A stretch of 55,437 bases of DNA, taken from contig DAHXMV010000005.1 of assembly GCA_027371535.1 (NCBI GenBank), positions 1 to 55,437 of the forward strand, in the 5' to 3' direction. Both the position numbers and the translations under genes were made by a program. Shown piece by piece: positions 18,338 through 28,233 of the stretch; position 1 is the first letter of the stretch, and each line of letters starts with the position of its first letter. Origin of the DNA: Candidatus Amesbacteria bacterium. Lineage in GTDB: Bacteria; Patescibacteriota; Microgenomatia; CAZETR01; Amesbacteraceae. The notes below the pieces were generated by a model. The model saw only the letters and a list, made by a program, of their open reading frames with translations. It ran no database searches and had not been told where the DNA came from.

Positions 18338-20479
18338 TTAACGCTGTGTCTTTACACCTTCAAGCAGACGATCCGGGCCGGGATTGCCGGAGCAGGCCGT
18401 TTGGGGTTGAGTTCCGGGGATGAAATACTCAAGCTTTCCGGGGCAGGAGGCGCAGGCTAATTGACCGGTAGCCGGACAGACAGCAATTTTCAGAAGGTCA
18501 GGAGGAGCAGTAAAGCCCGGTGAAGGATAAAGCTTTAAAAGCCGGTCAATGATTTTACGCCATATGGGTGAGGCACCGGTAACCCCGGAGGCGACATAGC
18601 TCATGGGAGAATTGTCGTTGTTGCCTACCCAAACAGCAGCCAAAAAATCGCGGGTGAAACCGATGGTCCAATTATCGCGGAGATTATTGGTAGTACCGGT
18701 TTTGACAGCCACCGGCGAGCCGGGAATATAAAGCTGAGAGGCAGGACCAAAAGTGGGAGTCCGGGCGGAATTGTCGGATAAAATATCAGAAATTAAAAAG
18801 GCGATTTTAGGGTCTATGACCGGATCGGGATTGCAGTCAGTAGTTTCGGTGGTAAAGGCGGAGGCGGCAAAAACCGCCGGGATGAGAGAGAGAGGGGTCC
18901 GGCTGCATTTATATTGTTCCAGAATGGAACCATTATGATCCCTGACTTCCAATATGGGGGACAATTCGACTTTACTACCGGAATTGGCAAAGACACCGTA
19001 AGCTGTGGCCATGTCGGTCATTTTGACTTCACCCCCACCCAAAGTGAGCGACAATCCGAAACGACCCGGATCATTCCAGGTGGTAATGCCCATGGTTTTA
19101 GCAAAATCCACAAGATTATTAACCCCGACAGTGTTTAAAACTTTCACAGCAGGGATATTATAGGAAGAGGCAAGGGCGGTTCTGATAGTGACCTGGCCAT
19201 GATAACGGTGATCATAATTTGTGGGAATGTATGGCGGCTGGCCCGGGATATTGAAAGTGACAGGTGAGTCATCAATGACCGTGGCGGGGGTAAGACCCTT
19301 TCTAAAGGCCAGAGCGTAGTTGAGAGGTTTGATGGAGGATCCGGGCTGACGGGGCATTAAGGTCACATTGACGTTACCGTCGTGATTAATGTCAAAATAG
19401 TCTTTTGATCCCACCATGGCCAGAATTTCTCCTGTTCCCGGCCGGGTAACCAGGGCCGCACCGTTGGTGATATGCAGAAAACTGACTTTAGCCAGTTCGT
19501 CGCTGACGATTTTCTCAATCTGGGCCTGGAGTCCAAGATCCAGACTGGTGGTGACTTCCAGCCCTCCCTGTTCCACTACATCATTCCCATATTTCTGAGC
19601 CAGGAGATCTTTGATATACATGACAAAATGCGGAGCCTTGATGTCTGTAGAAGGCGGACGGAAGACTAAATTAACGGCAGCTGCGTCTTCAGCCTGCTGC
19701 CAGGTAATAAAACCTGCAGAAACCATCTGGCGCAGGACTTCTTTTTGTCTGGCCTTGGCCAATTCCGGGTGTGTGCCATAAGGAGAGTAGGTAGTAGGCG
19801 AAGCCGGTAATCCGGCTAAAAAGGAAGCCTGGGCAAGATTCAGGCCAGAAGCCGGGATACCGAAATAAGTCTGGGATGCTTCTTCAAGACCATAGGCTGC
19901 CCCTCCGAAACCGACGCGGTTTAAATACATTTCCAATATCCGGTCTTTGGAATATATAGCTTCAACAGCGATTGACAGAACCAACTCGCGAAGTTTCCGT
20001 TGAATAGTGCGGTCCGGGGTAAGAAGTGAAGTTTTTACCAACTGCTGGGTAATAGTTGAACCGCCCTCGATACGCTGGTTGGTAATGATATGCCATAAGG
20101 CTCTTAAGGTGCCGGTGACTGAAAAGCCCTGGTGATGGTAAAAATTCTTATCTTCAATTGCTAAAACAGCCTGGCGGGCGTATAAGGGCAGGCTACTCAG
20201 TTTAATTAAAGTCCGGTTTTGGTTAAGGTAGATTTTATAAAGCTCGTTACCGTAGCGGTCTTTGATATGGGTAGTGAGCGGTATGGGTATTGTGGCAAGA
20301 CCAGTGGGGGAGGGCAAGTCTCTGAGGACAAAGATATAAAAAGAGATCAGGGAAATGAATATACCGATAAAAATGGCAATAACCGTGATACGGGACGGGC
20401 GACCGAATTTAATTGATTGAAGTAGATAAATAGCAGGATATAAAGCCTTTAATGTTTGTTTTAGAGTAACTTTAGCCAT
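18338..20479 (-). CDS. Penicillin-binding protein 1A family (transglycosylase/transpeptidase)
   Basis: AIEDKNFYHHQG, GGSTITQQL (GT51); GSSIKP (SxxK); KTGTT. Confidence 0.9.
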   Translation of the reverse strand: MAKVTLKQTLKALYPAIYLLQSIKFGRPSRITVIAIFIGIFISLISFYIFVLRDLPSPTGLATIPIPLTTHIKDRYGNELYKIYLNQNRTLIKLSSLPLYARQAVLAIEDKNFYHHQGFSVTGTLRALWHIITNQRIEGGSTITQQLVKTSLLTPDRTIQRKLRELVLSIAVEAIYSKDRILEMYLNRVGFGGAAYGLEEASQTYFGIPASGLNLAQASFLAGLPASPTTYSPYGTHPELAKARQKEVLRQMVSAGFITWQQAEDAAAVNLVFRPPSTDIKAPHFVMYIKDLLAQKYGNDVVEQGGLEVTTSLDLGLQAQIEKIVSDELAKVSFLHITNGAALVTRPGTGEILAMVGSKDYFDINHDGNVNVTLMPRQPGSSIKPLNYALAFRKGLTPATVIDDSPVTFNIPGQPPYIPTNYDHRYHGQVTIRTALASSYNIPAVKVLNTVGVNNLVDFAKTMGITTWNDPGRFGLSLTLGGGEVKMTDMATAYGVFANSGSKVELSPILEVRDHNGSILEQYKCSRTPLSLIPAVFAASAFTTETTDCNPDPVIDPKIAFLISDILSDNSARTPTFGPASQLYIPGSPVAVKTGTTNNLRDNWTIGFTRDFLAAVWVGNNDNSPMSYVASGVTGASPIWRKIIDRLLKLYPSPGFTAPPDLLKIAVCPATGQLACASCPGKLEYFIPGTQPQTACSGNPGPDRLLEGVKTQR

Positions 20480-20549
20480 GCAATATTACCTGCGGATTTG
20501 AGAGGGATTATATGAACTAAATGGTGAGGCGACAAGAAGAAGATGAAGC

Positions 20550-22874
20550 TTATCGGATAGCGCGACCGGTGCGGTCGATCTGTATTTGGTCCGGGTTTCC
20601 AAAACCGCCGGCGCAGTCCAGACAGAGCACGGTGTTTAAGGGATCAATAAGGGCAGCGTGATTCTGGGTTTCAATCTGATCGGGCTGTTCGGAAATTTGT
20701 CGGGCAGTAGCCGGTGCCTGGGTGGGTTTAAAAATGGGAATATCCCGTCTTAGGTCGGTGTCCGGGGGGGGAATTGTACCGGTGAGAAAATATTCAAAAC
20801 GGGGCTGACAATCAGGGGACGGGGAGTCCGGGACGCGCAACCCGGATATCTGGCAGACGTTGGCTCCTTCCACTTCTGCGGGTTTGATGGGCCAGTGCTG
20901 GGGATACCCTTTAAGAGCCTGGGTAATAATTTTATTCCAGATCGGTGAAGCCCCGGTAACGCCGGAGGCAATGTTACTCATGGGATCATTATTGTTGTTA
21001 CCTACCCAGACAGAAACTAAAATGTCCGGGTTATAACCGATGGTCCAGTTGTCACGCTTGTCATTGGTCGTACCGGTTTTGACAGAGACTTCGGGATGGC
21101 CGGAGACATTTAAGTAGGAGACCGGGCCGAAAGTGGCAGAACGGGCGTTGTTATCCAGTAGGATGTGGGTGACCAGATAGGCGCTGCCGGCAGAAATGAC
21201 CCGGATATTAGCAGGCGGGGTTTCCTGATAAAAATTGTTGCCGATGACGAAGTAACTGTCGGGGGAGGACTTTTGAAGTTTGGCGACCGTTGCGGGATCA
21301 ATTTTTTTGGACTGAACATTTTCCAAAACTTTACCGTTACGATCCTGAACTTCCAAAATGGGATTTAAATCAACACGCTCCCCCTGGTTATCCAGGACCC
21401 CGTAGGCAGTACTTAACTCCAGCATGGTGACCTCACCGCCACCCAGAGTCAGAGAAGGCCCGTAATGGATCGGATTGTCCCAGGTAGTAATTCCAAAAGC
21501 TGATGACGAAGCGATGAAATCATTTAAACCGTTGATAACCAGGGCTTTGACGGCGGGAATATTGAAAGAATTCCCGAGGGCAAAACGCACCTGGGTGGGG
21601 CCATGGAATTTGTTGTCATAATTATCCGGGCAGTAGGGTTTCTGGTCCGGCTGGTCAAAACAAGTGGGTTTGTCGGCGAGGACGGTAGCAGGGGTTAACA
21701 GGTGACGCTCGAAAGCTATGGCGTAATTGACAGGCTTGATGGATGAACCGGGTTGGCGAAGGGCCAGAACTACATTAACATTACCATCATGGGCAGTATC
21801 AAAGTAATCACGTGAACCGACCATACCCAGAATTTCCCCGGTACCGGGCCTGGTAATTAAAACCGCACCATTGCCGACATTTTCCTTTTTCAACTTAGCA
21901 GTTTCAGAGGCAACGGTGTCCTGGGCATACTGTTGTAAGTCCAGATCTAAAGATGTGGTGACGGTCAATCCCCCCTGCTCGACGGTTTGTAAGCCGTACT
22001 TTTTGACCAGCAGATCTTTAACCCAGAGAGAAAAGTGGGGAGCATTTAAGGAAGGCGGGGGGGCATAATGAAGAGGGGTGTTAATTGCCTGATTGTACTG
22101 GTCTTTAGTGATAAATTTATCTTCCAACATCTGATCCAAAACGTATTTTTGGCGGGTTTTGGCCATTTCGGGATGGGATCCCAAAGGTGAATAGTAACTG
22201 GGAGCCTGGGGTAAACCAGCCAGCAGGGCGGCTTCGGCCAGGTTTAAGTCTTTGGCAGATTTACCAAAGTAGGTTTGGGTGGCTGCTTCCAAACCATAAG
22301 CCGTACCACCATAGGGAACCTGGTTTAAGTAAAGTTCCAAAATCTGGTCTTTGGTATACATAGCTTCCACTTCGGCAGAAAGAGTAAATTCACGGATTTT
22401 CCTTCTCAAAGTCCGGTTGTCGTTTAAAAGGGCTTTTTTAACCAGCTGTTGGGTAATCGTGGAACCTCCCTGGACCTGACCTCTGATGAAAGTACTGAAG
22501 AAGGCCCGGAGAATGCCGGTAACGGAAAACCCCCCATGCTGATAAAAGTCTTTGTCTTCAGCAGCAAGAGTAGCCTGCCAGACATATTTCGGGAGAGTAG
22601 ACAAGGCGATGGGGGTGCGGCGTTCAGAGGCATAGATTTCGTAGATTAACTTGCCATAGCGATCCAGAAGTCTGGTGGAGGCGGCCGCCGGGTGGGCAGT
22701 AAGATTTTTGGGACTGGGCAGATCCCAGAAGGTATAAATAGTTAAAACAGCAAAGATGGTAATCAGAGAGACGGCACTAATAACTTTGACTTTGAGGGGT
22801 AAATTTTGGACATGTTCAAATATCCGGCGACGTAGCCGGGAAACGCGATGGTGAGGGGATTCGTCAGACATCAT
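20550..22874 (-). CDS. Penicillin-binding protein 1A family, second tandem copy
   Basis: AAEDKDFYQHGG, GGSTITQQL, GSSIKP, KTGTT, plus a longer C-terminal extension. Confidence 0.9.
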   Translation of the reverse strand: MMSDESPHHRVSRLRRRIFEHVQNLPLKVKVISAVSLITIFAVLTIYTFWDLPSPKNLTAHPAAASTRLLDRYGKLIYEIYASERRTPIALSTLPKYVWQATLAAEDKDFYQHGGFSVTGILRAFFSTFIRGQVQGGSTITQQLVKKALLNDNRTLRRKIREFTLSAEVEAMYTKDQILELYLNQVPYGGTAYGLEAATQTYFGKSAKDLNLAEAALLAGLPQAPSYYSPLGSHPEMAKTRQKYVLDQMLEDKFITKDQYNQAINTPLHYAPPPSLNAPHFSLWVKDLLVKKYGLQTVEQGGLTVTTSLDLDLQQYAQDTVASETAKLKKENVGNGAVLITRPGTGEILGMVGSRDYFDTAHDGNVNVVLALRQPGSSIKPVNYAIAFERHLLTPATVLADKPTCFDQPDQKPYCPDNYDNKFHGPTQVRFALGNSFNIPAVKALVINGLNDFIASSSAFGITTWDNPIHYGPSLTLGGGEVTMLELSTAYGVLDNQGERVDLNPILEVQDRNGKVLENVQSKKIDPATVAKLQKSSPDSYFVIGNNFYQETPPANIRVISAGSAYLVTHILLDNNARSATFGPVSYLNVSGHPEVSVKTGTTNDKRDNWTIGYNPDILVSVWVGNNNNDPMSNIASGVTGASPIWNKIITQALKGYPQHWPIKPAEVEGANVCQISGLRVPDSPSPDCQPRFEYFLTGTIPPPDTDLRRDIPIFKPTQAPATARQISEQPDQIETQNHAALIDPLNTVLCLDCAGGFGNPDQIQIDRTGRAIR

Positions 22875-22912
22875 GTTGAATTATATACGCAAGGGCGGTA
22901 TATTTATAAAGT

Positions 22913-23161
22913 ATGGTCGCAAGAAGTTCCAAATTACGGGCTCCAAAATCCAAGAAAGCGGTACCGGAGCCGGTGGCAGAGAAGACGCAAGAAATAGTCA
23001 AGCCATCCTGGCATAAGGAGGAAGAAGAGGAAGGCAAGTTGGATCCGCAGGAAGAGAAGATTTTAGACTGGATCCTGAAAGCGGTGGTGGCGTTTATTTT
23101 GGGGTGGCTTTTGTTGTCAATTCTCATGGTAATCGGCGGATATTTCGGGATCTGGAAGTAA
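22913..23161 (+). CDS. Small protein with a charged N-terminus and a C-terminal TM anchor
   Basis: KEEEEEGKLDPQEEK followed by AVVAFILGWLLLSILMVIGGYFGIW. Ends 3 nt before the next gene. Confidence 0.4.
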   Translation: MVARSSKLRAPKSKKAVPEPVAEKTQEIVKPSWHKEEEEEGKLDPQEEKILDWILKAVVAFILGWLLLSILMVIGGYFGIWK

Positions 23162-23164
23162 GTA

Positions 23165-23665
23165 ATGGATAAGGATTACAGGCAAACCAACTGGTGGAAC
23201 TACGTGGATGATTCCCTGAGGGACTTGATGAAAGAGAGCTTTGATCTTGTCGGCCAGGAGACGGCGAGAGTTGAGGAACAGGGGCAGATACCCTATCACG
23301 ATTATGCCTACCTGGTATTTCCGGCAGCCAAGGCCTATGAAGGGTTTTTAAAAAAAGTCTTTTTAGAGCTGAAGCTTTTGACCGTACAGCAGTATTACAG
23401 CGATCATTTCCGGATAGGGAGGGCCTTATCTCCGACGTTGCCTAAAATGTACAGATCGGGCTGGGTATTCGGTAAATTGAATAATTACTGCGGCGGGGAA
23501 AAACTGCCCCTATCAATGTGGAATGTGTGGAAAGAGGCCAGAAACAGGACTTTTCATTTTTTCCCCCAGCATCGGGAATGTGTGACTCTGGAGCAGGCAA
23601 AACAATTAGTTATAAGGATAACGGAAATGATGGAAGAGGTGCTGACCGGGTGTCGTGTGATATAG
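23165..23665 (+). CDS. HEPN-like protein (resembles the RnlA/LsoA toxin domain)
   Basis: Rx4H motif RNRTFH (R126-H131, nt 23540-23557). Upstream helix pattern VFPAAKAYEGFLKK recalls RnlA-type HEPN domains. Assignment from memory only. Confidence 0.4.
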   Translation: MDKDYRQTNWWNYVDDSLRDLMKESFDLVGQETARVEEQGQIPYHDYAYLVFPAAKAYEGFLKKVFLELKLLTVQQYYSDHFRIGRALSPTLPKMYRSGWVFGKLNNYCGGEKLPLSMWNVWKEARNRTFHFFPQHRECVTLEQAKQLVIRITEMMEEVLTGCRVI

Positions 23666-23700
23666 ATTGATATATTAGGCTTGATAAATGTTGCGCCGGT

Positions 23701-24414
23701 ATGGCATACTTACAGGATATTATGGTACAAGGCCAGAAGACCAATATAATTGGGGAAGGGAGTGTGTTCGGAAATGAAGAAAAAATCGGGTCCGGCTGGA
23801 GAAAATTCAAAGCCAGAATTATTGCCAGTTCGGCAGGAATGATATTCGGGGGGGGAGTGCTGTTATTGTCCGGACTGGCGATTACCAATCCGGCAGTGGT
23901 GCACCCGAACATGGAACCGACACCCGGGGTGGTGGCGGATGTGGCAGCTTCACAGGCGAGTATGGCGAGAATCGAATACTATTTGCCATACCCCGGGATA
24001 TTACCTGACAGTCCGTTATATAAAATTAAGGCTTTAAGGGATAGGATAGCTTTGTGGCTGACATTTGATCCGGCGGAGAAATCAAAGAAAGAACTCCTGT
24101 ATGCTGATAAGAGAATTAACGCCGCTATCTTTCTGATGCAGGGGGGGAAAGGCGGCTTGGCAGTGTCTACGGCCACCAAAGCGGAAAAATACCTGGAATC
24201 GGCAGCCGGAGTGGCTGTGGGTGAGGAAAAGAGCGGTAAGGATGAGAAAAGCTTATTGTTAAATCTGGATAAATCAGGGAAAAAACATTTGGAAGTACTA
24301 AAGGATTTGGAAGTTAATGTCAGCGGGGAAGATTTGAAAGCGCTACAAGTGGCAGAAGCTACCACCCAATCGGTAATCAATAAAGTGGAGCAAGCTGTTC
24401 TGGAGAGTAAGTGA
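23701..24414 (+). CDS. DUF5667-like membrane-anchored protein
   Basis: TM segment followed by YYLPYPGILPDSPLYKIKALRDRI and helical repeats, as in CPR DUF5667 proteins (from memory). Confidence 0.55.
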   Translation: MAYLQDIMVQGQKTNIIGEGSVFGNEEKIGSGWRKFKARIIASSAGMIFGGGVLLLSGLAITNPAVVHPNMEPTPGVVADVAASQASMARIEYYLPYPGILPDSPLYKIKALRDRIALWLTFDPAEKSKKELLYADKRINAAIFLMQGGKGGLAVSTATKAEKYLESAAGVAVGEEKSGKDEKSLLLNLDKSGKKHLEVLKDLEVNVSGEDLKALQVAEATTQSVINKVEQAVLESK

Positions 24415-24450
24415 TTTGCAATTGATAGCATTTGATATGGTTATTAATAG

Positions 24451-24479
24451 TTGACGGGGAGATAATAGTGTTCTAATGT
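24451..24479 (+). promoter_or_regulatory. Candidate sigma70-type promoter for nrdR-nrdJ (TTGACG-17 nt-TAATGT)
   Basis: Hexamers and 17-nt spacing read directly, about 70 nt upstream of nrdR. Confidence 0.35.
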
Positions 24480-24488
24480 GATCCGTAC

Positions 24489-24502
24489 CACTACATACAG
24501 GG
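24489..24502 (+). promoter_or_regulatory. Candidate NrdR box (CACTACATACAGGG)
   Basis: 11 of 14 matches to the remembered core CACTATATATAGTG. Sits just downstream of the candidate -10. No convincing second box found. Confidence 0.25.
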
Positions 24503-24547
24503 TCTCTTCGTGTAAGTTACGGGAGCCCCGGGAATTTTTAAACGAAA

Positions 24548-24997
24548 ATGAAATGTCCGTTTTGCGCCAATGATGACACATCAGTTTTAGAATCCAGGAT
24601 AGCGGAAGACGGACAGTCGCTGAGAAGGAGGAGAGAGTGCGGTAAATGCAATAAAAGATTTACCACCTTTGAAAGGATTGAGGGACCAACGATGTTTGTA
24701 ATTAAAAGGGACGGCAGCAGACAGCCGTTTGACAGGGAGAAGATTGTCAGAGGGGTGATCAGATCCTTTGACAAGCGGCCGGTGTCGATTGACCTCATCA
24801 GGGAATTGGCTGACGATGTGGAAAGGGAAGTGAGAAGGAAGGAAGTGACTGAAATTCCGACAAAAGCGATTGGAAAAATGGTGTTGAAAAGGCTGAAAAA
24901 TATTGATAAGGTGGCCTGGCTCAGATTTGCCAGTGTCTATTTGGAACTGTCGGATGTGACGGATTTTGAAAAATTATTTGAAAAAGTTACCAATTAA
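24548..24997 (+). CDS. nrdR: Transcriptional repressor NrdR
   Basis: MKCPFC...CGKC zinc ribbon plus ATP-cone; 149 aa. Confidence 0.9.
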   Translation: MKCPFCANDDTSVLESRIAEDGQSLRRRRECGKCNKRFTTFERIEGPTMFVIKRDGSRQPFDREKIVRGVIRSFDKRPVSIDLIRELADDVEREVRRKEVTEIPTKAIGKMVLKRLKNIDKVAWLRFASVYLELSDVTDFEKLFEKVTN

Positions 24998-25000
24998 AAT

Positions 25001-27496
25001 ATGCCGAATTTGCGTCTTACAAAAAGGATTTACCAGGGATCGAAACAGGTAAGCTCCGGGAAGAAGAACAGTCATGCGACCATTGGCTGGGAGGCTATGC
25101 CGTATAAAGAGATGACGGAGCTTTTAGAGAAACTAGCCGGACCCAGACCTGAAGTTCCCCGGGATATCAAGGCCGAGAAATGGTCGGAACAAGCGGTCAG
25201 AATTCTGAATGAGAGGTATTTTGCCAAAAACCAGGAAGGTGAACCTGCTGAGAATGTGGAACAGATGTGCTGGAGGGTAGCCTGGGAAATGGCCAGGGCG
25301 GAAGTAAAATACGGATACAGCCGGGAGGAATTAATTGAAAAAGCGCGGAATTATTATACCCAGTTGCTAAACAGGTGGTTTATTTTTAATTCCCCCACGA
25401 TGATGAATGCCGGCAAGGGGAACGGATTGCAGTACAGTGCCTGTTATGTGCTGCCAGTGCCGGACAGCCTGGAAGGGATTTTTGACGGGGTAAAATACCA
25501 GGGAATCGTACACCAGTCAGGCGGCGGGACGGGTTTTTCATTTTCAAGACTGAGACCCAAGGGGTCACGGGTAAAATCGACCATGGGAGTGGCGTCGGGG
25601 CCGGTGTCTTTTATGAGGATTTACAATGAGGCAACCCAGCAGATTAAACAGGGGGGAATGCGCAGGGGGGCAAACATGGGGATATTGAGAGTAGATCACC
25701 CGGATATTATGGAGTTTATACACTGCAAAGAAGACGGGGGAATTACCAATTTCAATATTTCAGTGACTATTACGGACAAATTTATGAAGGCATTACTGAA
25801 TGATGAGGAATATGAACTGGTGTCACCGCATAACAATGAAGTGGTAGGGAAGATGCAGGCCAGAAAAGTATGGGATGAGATTGCCTTGGGTGCCTGGAGG
25901 ACAGGAGATCCGGGCCTGGTATTTATAGACAGGATTAACGATAGTTCTGCAAATCCTATCAGAGCCCGGGGATGGGAAGTGGAGAGCACCAACCCTTGCG
26001 GCGAACAGCCATTGTATCCGTTTGATGCCTGCAATTTGGGCAGTATTTTTTTAAATTATTTTGCCAAAGACGGTAAGGTAGACTGGGAAGCGTTGAAGGA
26101 GACCGTTCATCTGGCTGTCCGGATGCTGGACGATGTAATTGAGGTTAATCCTTTTCCGTTGCCACAAATTGCCGAAACTGTTCGAAAAATCAGGAGGATT
26201 GGTTTGGGTATCGGAGGCTGGGCGGATATGCTGATAGAACTTTCAATCCCTTACGACAGCCAGGAAGCTTTGGATCTGGCGGAAAAAGTAATGAAATTTA
26301 TCAATGACGAAGGGCATAAGGAGAGCCGGCTGCTGGCCAAGGAGAGGGGGGCGTTTCCGATGTGGAAGGAGAGTATTTATGCAGATGATAAACCGATCAG
26401 AAACAGCACAGTGACAACGATTGCTCCGACAGGTTCCATCGGGATATTGGCGAATACTTCCGGAGGGTGCGAGCCCTTATTTGCAATTGCCTACCAGCAT
26501 GTGGTGAAAAGCGAGAACAGGACACTGACTTTTGTTAATCCGTTATTTGAAAAAGCAGCCCGGGAGAGAGGCTTTTATAGCGAGGAGCTGATGAAAAAGG
26601 TGGCGGAGCACGGGACCGTGAGACAGATGGAGGAGATTCCTGAAGATGTCAGGAAAGTATTCGGGACGGCACATGAAATAGAGCCCATATGGCATGTAAA
26701 GATGCAGGCGGCATTTCAGAAATATACGGATAACGGGGTGTCCAAGACCATTAATCTGAGGAACGAGGTGACAGTGAACGACATAAAAAATGCCTACATG
26801 ATGGCTTGGGACACGGGCTGCAGGGGGATTACGGTGTTTCGGGACGGGTGTAAGGGAGAACAGGTGCTCAATTTGGGAACTAATTCCCAAATTCCAAGTC
26901 CCAATCCACAAACAAATTCCAATATACAAGTTCCGATTAAAGAGGGACCGGCAGTCAAACCCAGGCCGGTAAGAGTGGAAGGGGCAACTTACAGAATTGA
27001 AACCCCAATGGGGACGGCATTTATCACAGTCAATCATGACGACGACGGCAATCCGTTTGAAGTATTTGTGATAATCGGAAAAGCCGGGAGTGAAGTGGCG
27101 GCTATGGCGGAAGCATTGGGAAGACTGATTTCGACCACTCTGAGATTTGGCAATCATATACCGGCCAAGGAGCGGGCAAAAGAACTGATGGAACAGTTGT
27201 CGGGTATCGGAGGCGGCAGGTCGGTGGGATTCGGGATTACCAAAGTGAGGAGTCTGCCGGATGCTGTGGCCAAGGCCATAGGTATGCATTTCGGGTTACT
27301 AGGATTTAGTGATGACGGGAAAAAAGTCAAAGAACCAGAACCGGTACAACAGACGATAGAGGCAGTTACGGACGGGCATATGCAAATGGCGCTGTTTAAG
27401 AAAAAAGCCGATCTCTGCCCGAAATGCGGCGAGACTTCGCTGGTATTTGAGGAGGGATGTAAGAAGTGCTATAGCTGCGGATATTCTGAGTGTTAA
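25001..27496 (+). CDS. nrdJ: Adenosylcobalamin-dependent ribonucleotide reductase (class II)
   Basis: TNPCGEQPL active site. C-terminal CPKCG...CKKCYSCGYSEC zinc ribbon. An alternative start at 25097 is possible. Confidence 0.9.
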   Translation: MPNLRLTKRIYQGSKQVSSGKKNSHATIGWEAMPYKEMTELLEKLAGPRPEVPRDIKAEKWSEQAVRILNERYFAKNQEGEPAENVEQMCWRVAWEMARAEVKYGYSREELIEKARNYYTQLLNRWFIFNSPTMMNAGKGNGLQYSACYVLPVPDSLEGIFDGVKYQGIVHQSGGGTGFSFSRLRPKGSRVKSTMGVASGPVSFMRIYNEATQQIKQGGMRRGANMGILRVDHPDIMEFIHCKEDGGITNFNISVTITDKFMKALLNDEEYELVSPHNNEVVGKMQARKVWDEIALGAWRTGDPGLVFIDRINDSSANPIRARGWEVESTNPCGEQPLYPFDACNLGSIFLNYFAKDGKVDWEALKETVHLAVRMLDDVIEVNPFPLPQIAETVRKIRRIGLGIGGWADMLIELSIPYDSQEALDLAEKVMKFINDEGHKESRLLAKERGAFPMWKESIYADDKPIRNSTVTTIAPTGSIGILANTSGGCEPLFAIAYQHVVKSENRTLTFVNPLFEKAARERGFYSEELMKKVAEHGTVRQMEEIPEDVRKVFGTAHEIEPIWHVKMQAAFQKYTDNGVSKTINLRNEVTVNDIKNAYMMAWDTGCRGITVFRDGCKGEQVLNLGTNSQIPSPNPQTNSNIQVPIKEGPAVKPRPVRVEGATYRIETPMGTAFITVNHDDDGNPFEVFVIIGKAGSEVAAMAEALGRLISTTLRFGNHIPAKERAKELMEQLSGIGGGRSVGFGITKVRSLPDAVAKAIGMHFGLLGFSDDGKKVKEPEPVQQTIEAVTDGHMQMALFKKKADLCPKCGETSLVFEEGCKKCYSCGYSEC

Positions 27497-27660
27497 ATCA
27501 AAAATCACAAATTACAAGATATAAACAATTAACAATAAAATAACCCCAAAAATTAAAAAGGGAATATACAGGCATTTTAAAGGACATGGGTACCGGGTTT
27601 TGGGTTTGGTTGGACACATTGAGACTTTGGAATGGTGCCCGGACCTAAATACTTAAGGGA

Positions 27661-28182
27661 TTAATCCAGAGGTGTGGGAGGGACGGAAAAGGGACTGCCG
27701 ACGGTCTTTTCTTTGAGATAAATGAGCGTGTGGGAGAGGATGCCGGCACCTAAAAATTCCTCAGAGGAAAGTTTGGAATGGGAAAGATAATTCTGAAATG
27801 CCAAACCATAGCCCTCATCGGGGAATGGATAATGGGGATGATCGGCAGCGTCTATCCATAGAAAACGGTTTTTTTTATCCTCAGAAATATTACCCTGGGC
27901 GACGCAGAGATAAGTGATACGGACAACCTGAACAGAGCGGTCAATCAGATCCAGATAGGTGGTGGCATTTAGGGGGATGGAAACGGTAGATATTGTCAGT
28001 CCGGTTTCAGACTGGACTTTGGAAATCAGGCTGTCTCTCAAACTCTGGCCAAATCTGAGATGGCCGCCGGGAAGATCCCACAAAGTCTGAGCGTCACTGC
28101 TTAACGGGTGTTTGGTAATTAAAACCTGCCAACGGGAGTTGGCAATAAAAGCCTTTTGAATGATGGAGAAACTCTCTGCCAT
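27661..28182 (-). CDS. NUDIX-family protein with a degenerate Nudix box
   Basis: GGHLRFGQSLRDSLISKVQSETGL aligns to GX5EX7REUXEEXGU but lacks most of the acidic residues. Confidence 0.5.
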   Translation of the reverse strand: MAESFSIIQKAFIANSRWQVLITKHPLSSDAQTLWDLPGGHLRFGQSLRDSLISKVQSETGLTISTVSIPLNATTYLDLIDRSVQVVRITYLCVAQGNISEDKKNRFLWIDAADHPHYPFPDEGYGLAFQNYLSHSKLSSEEFLGAGILSHTLIYLKEKTVGSPFSVPPTPLD

Positions 28183-28233
28183 GAATATAGTTTATACGGT
28201 ATTACAAACTAGTACCAGCGGTATAATCCGGGT

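Noticed and set aside
24461-24481. Second NrdR box upstream of nrdR (around ATAGTGTTCTAATGTG).
   Set aside because: It matches the remembered palindromic consensus poorly, and its spacing to the better box does not fit the usual ~31-32 bp phasing.
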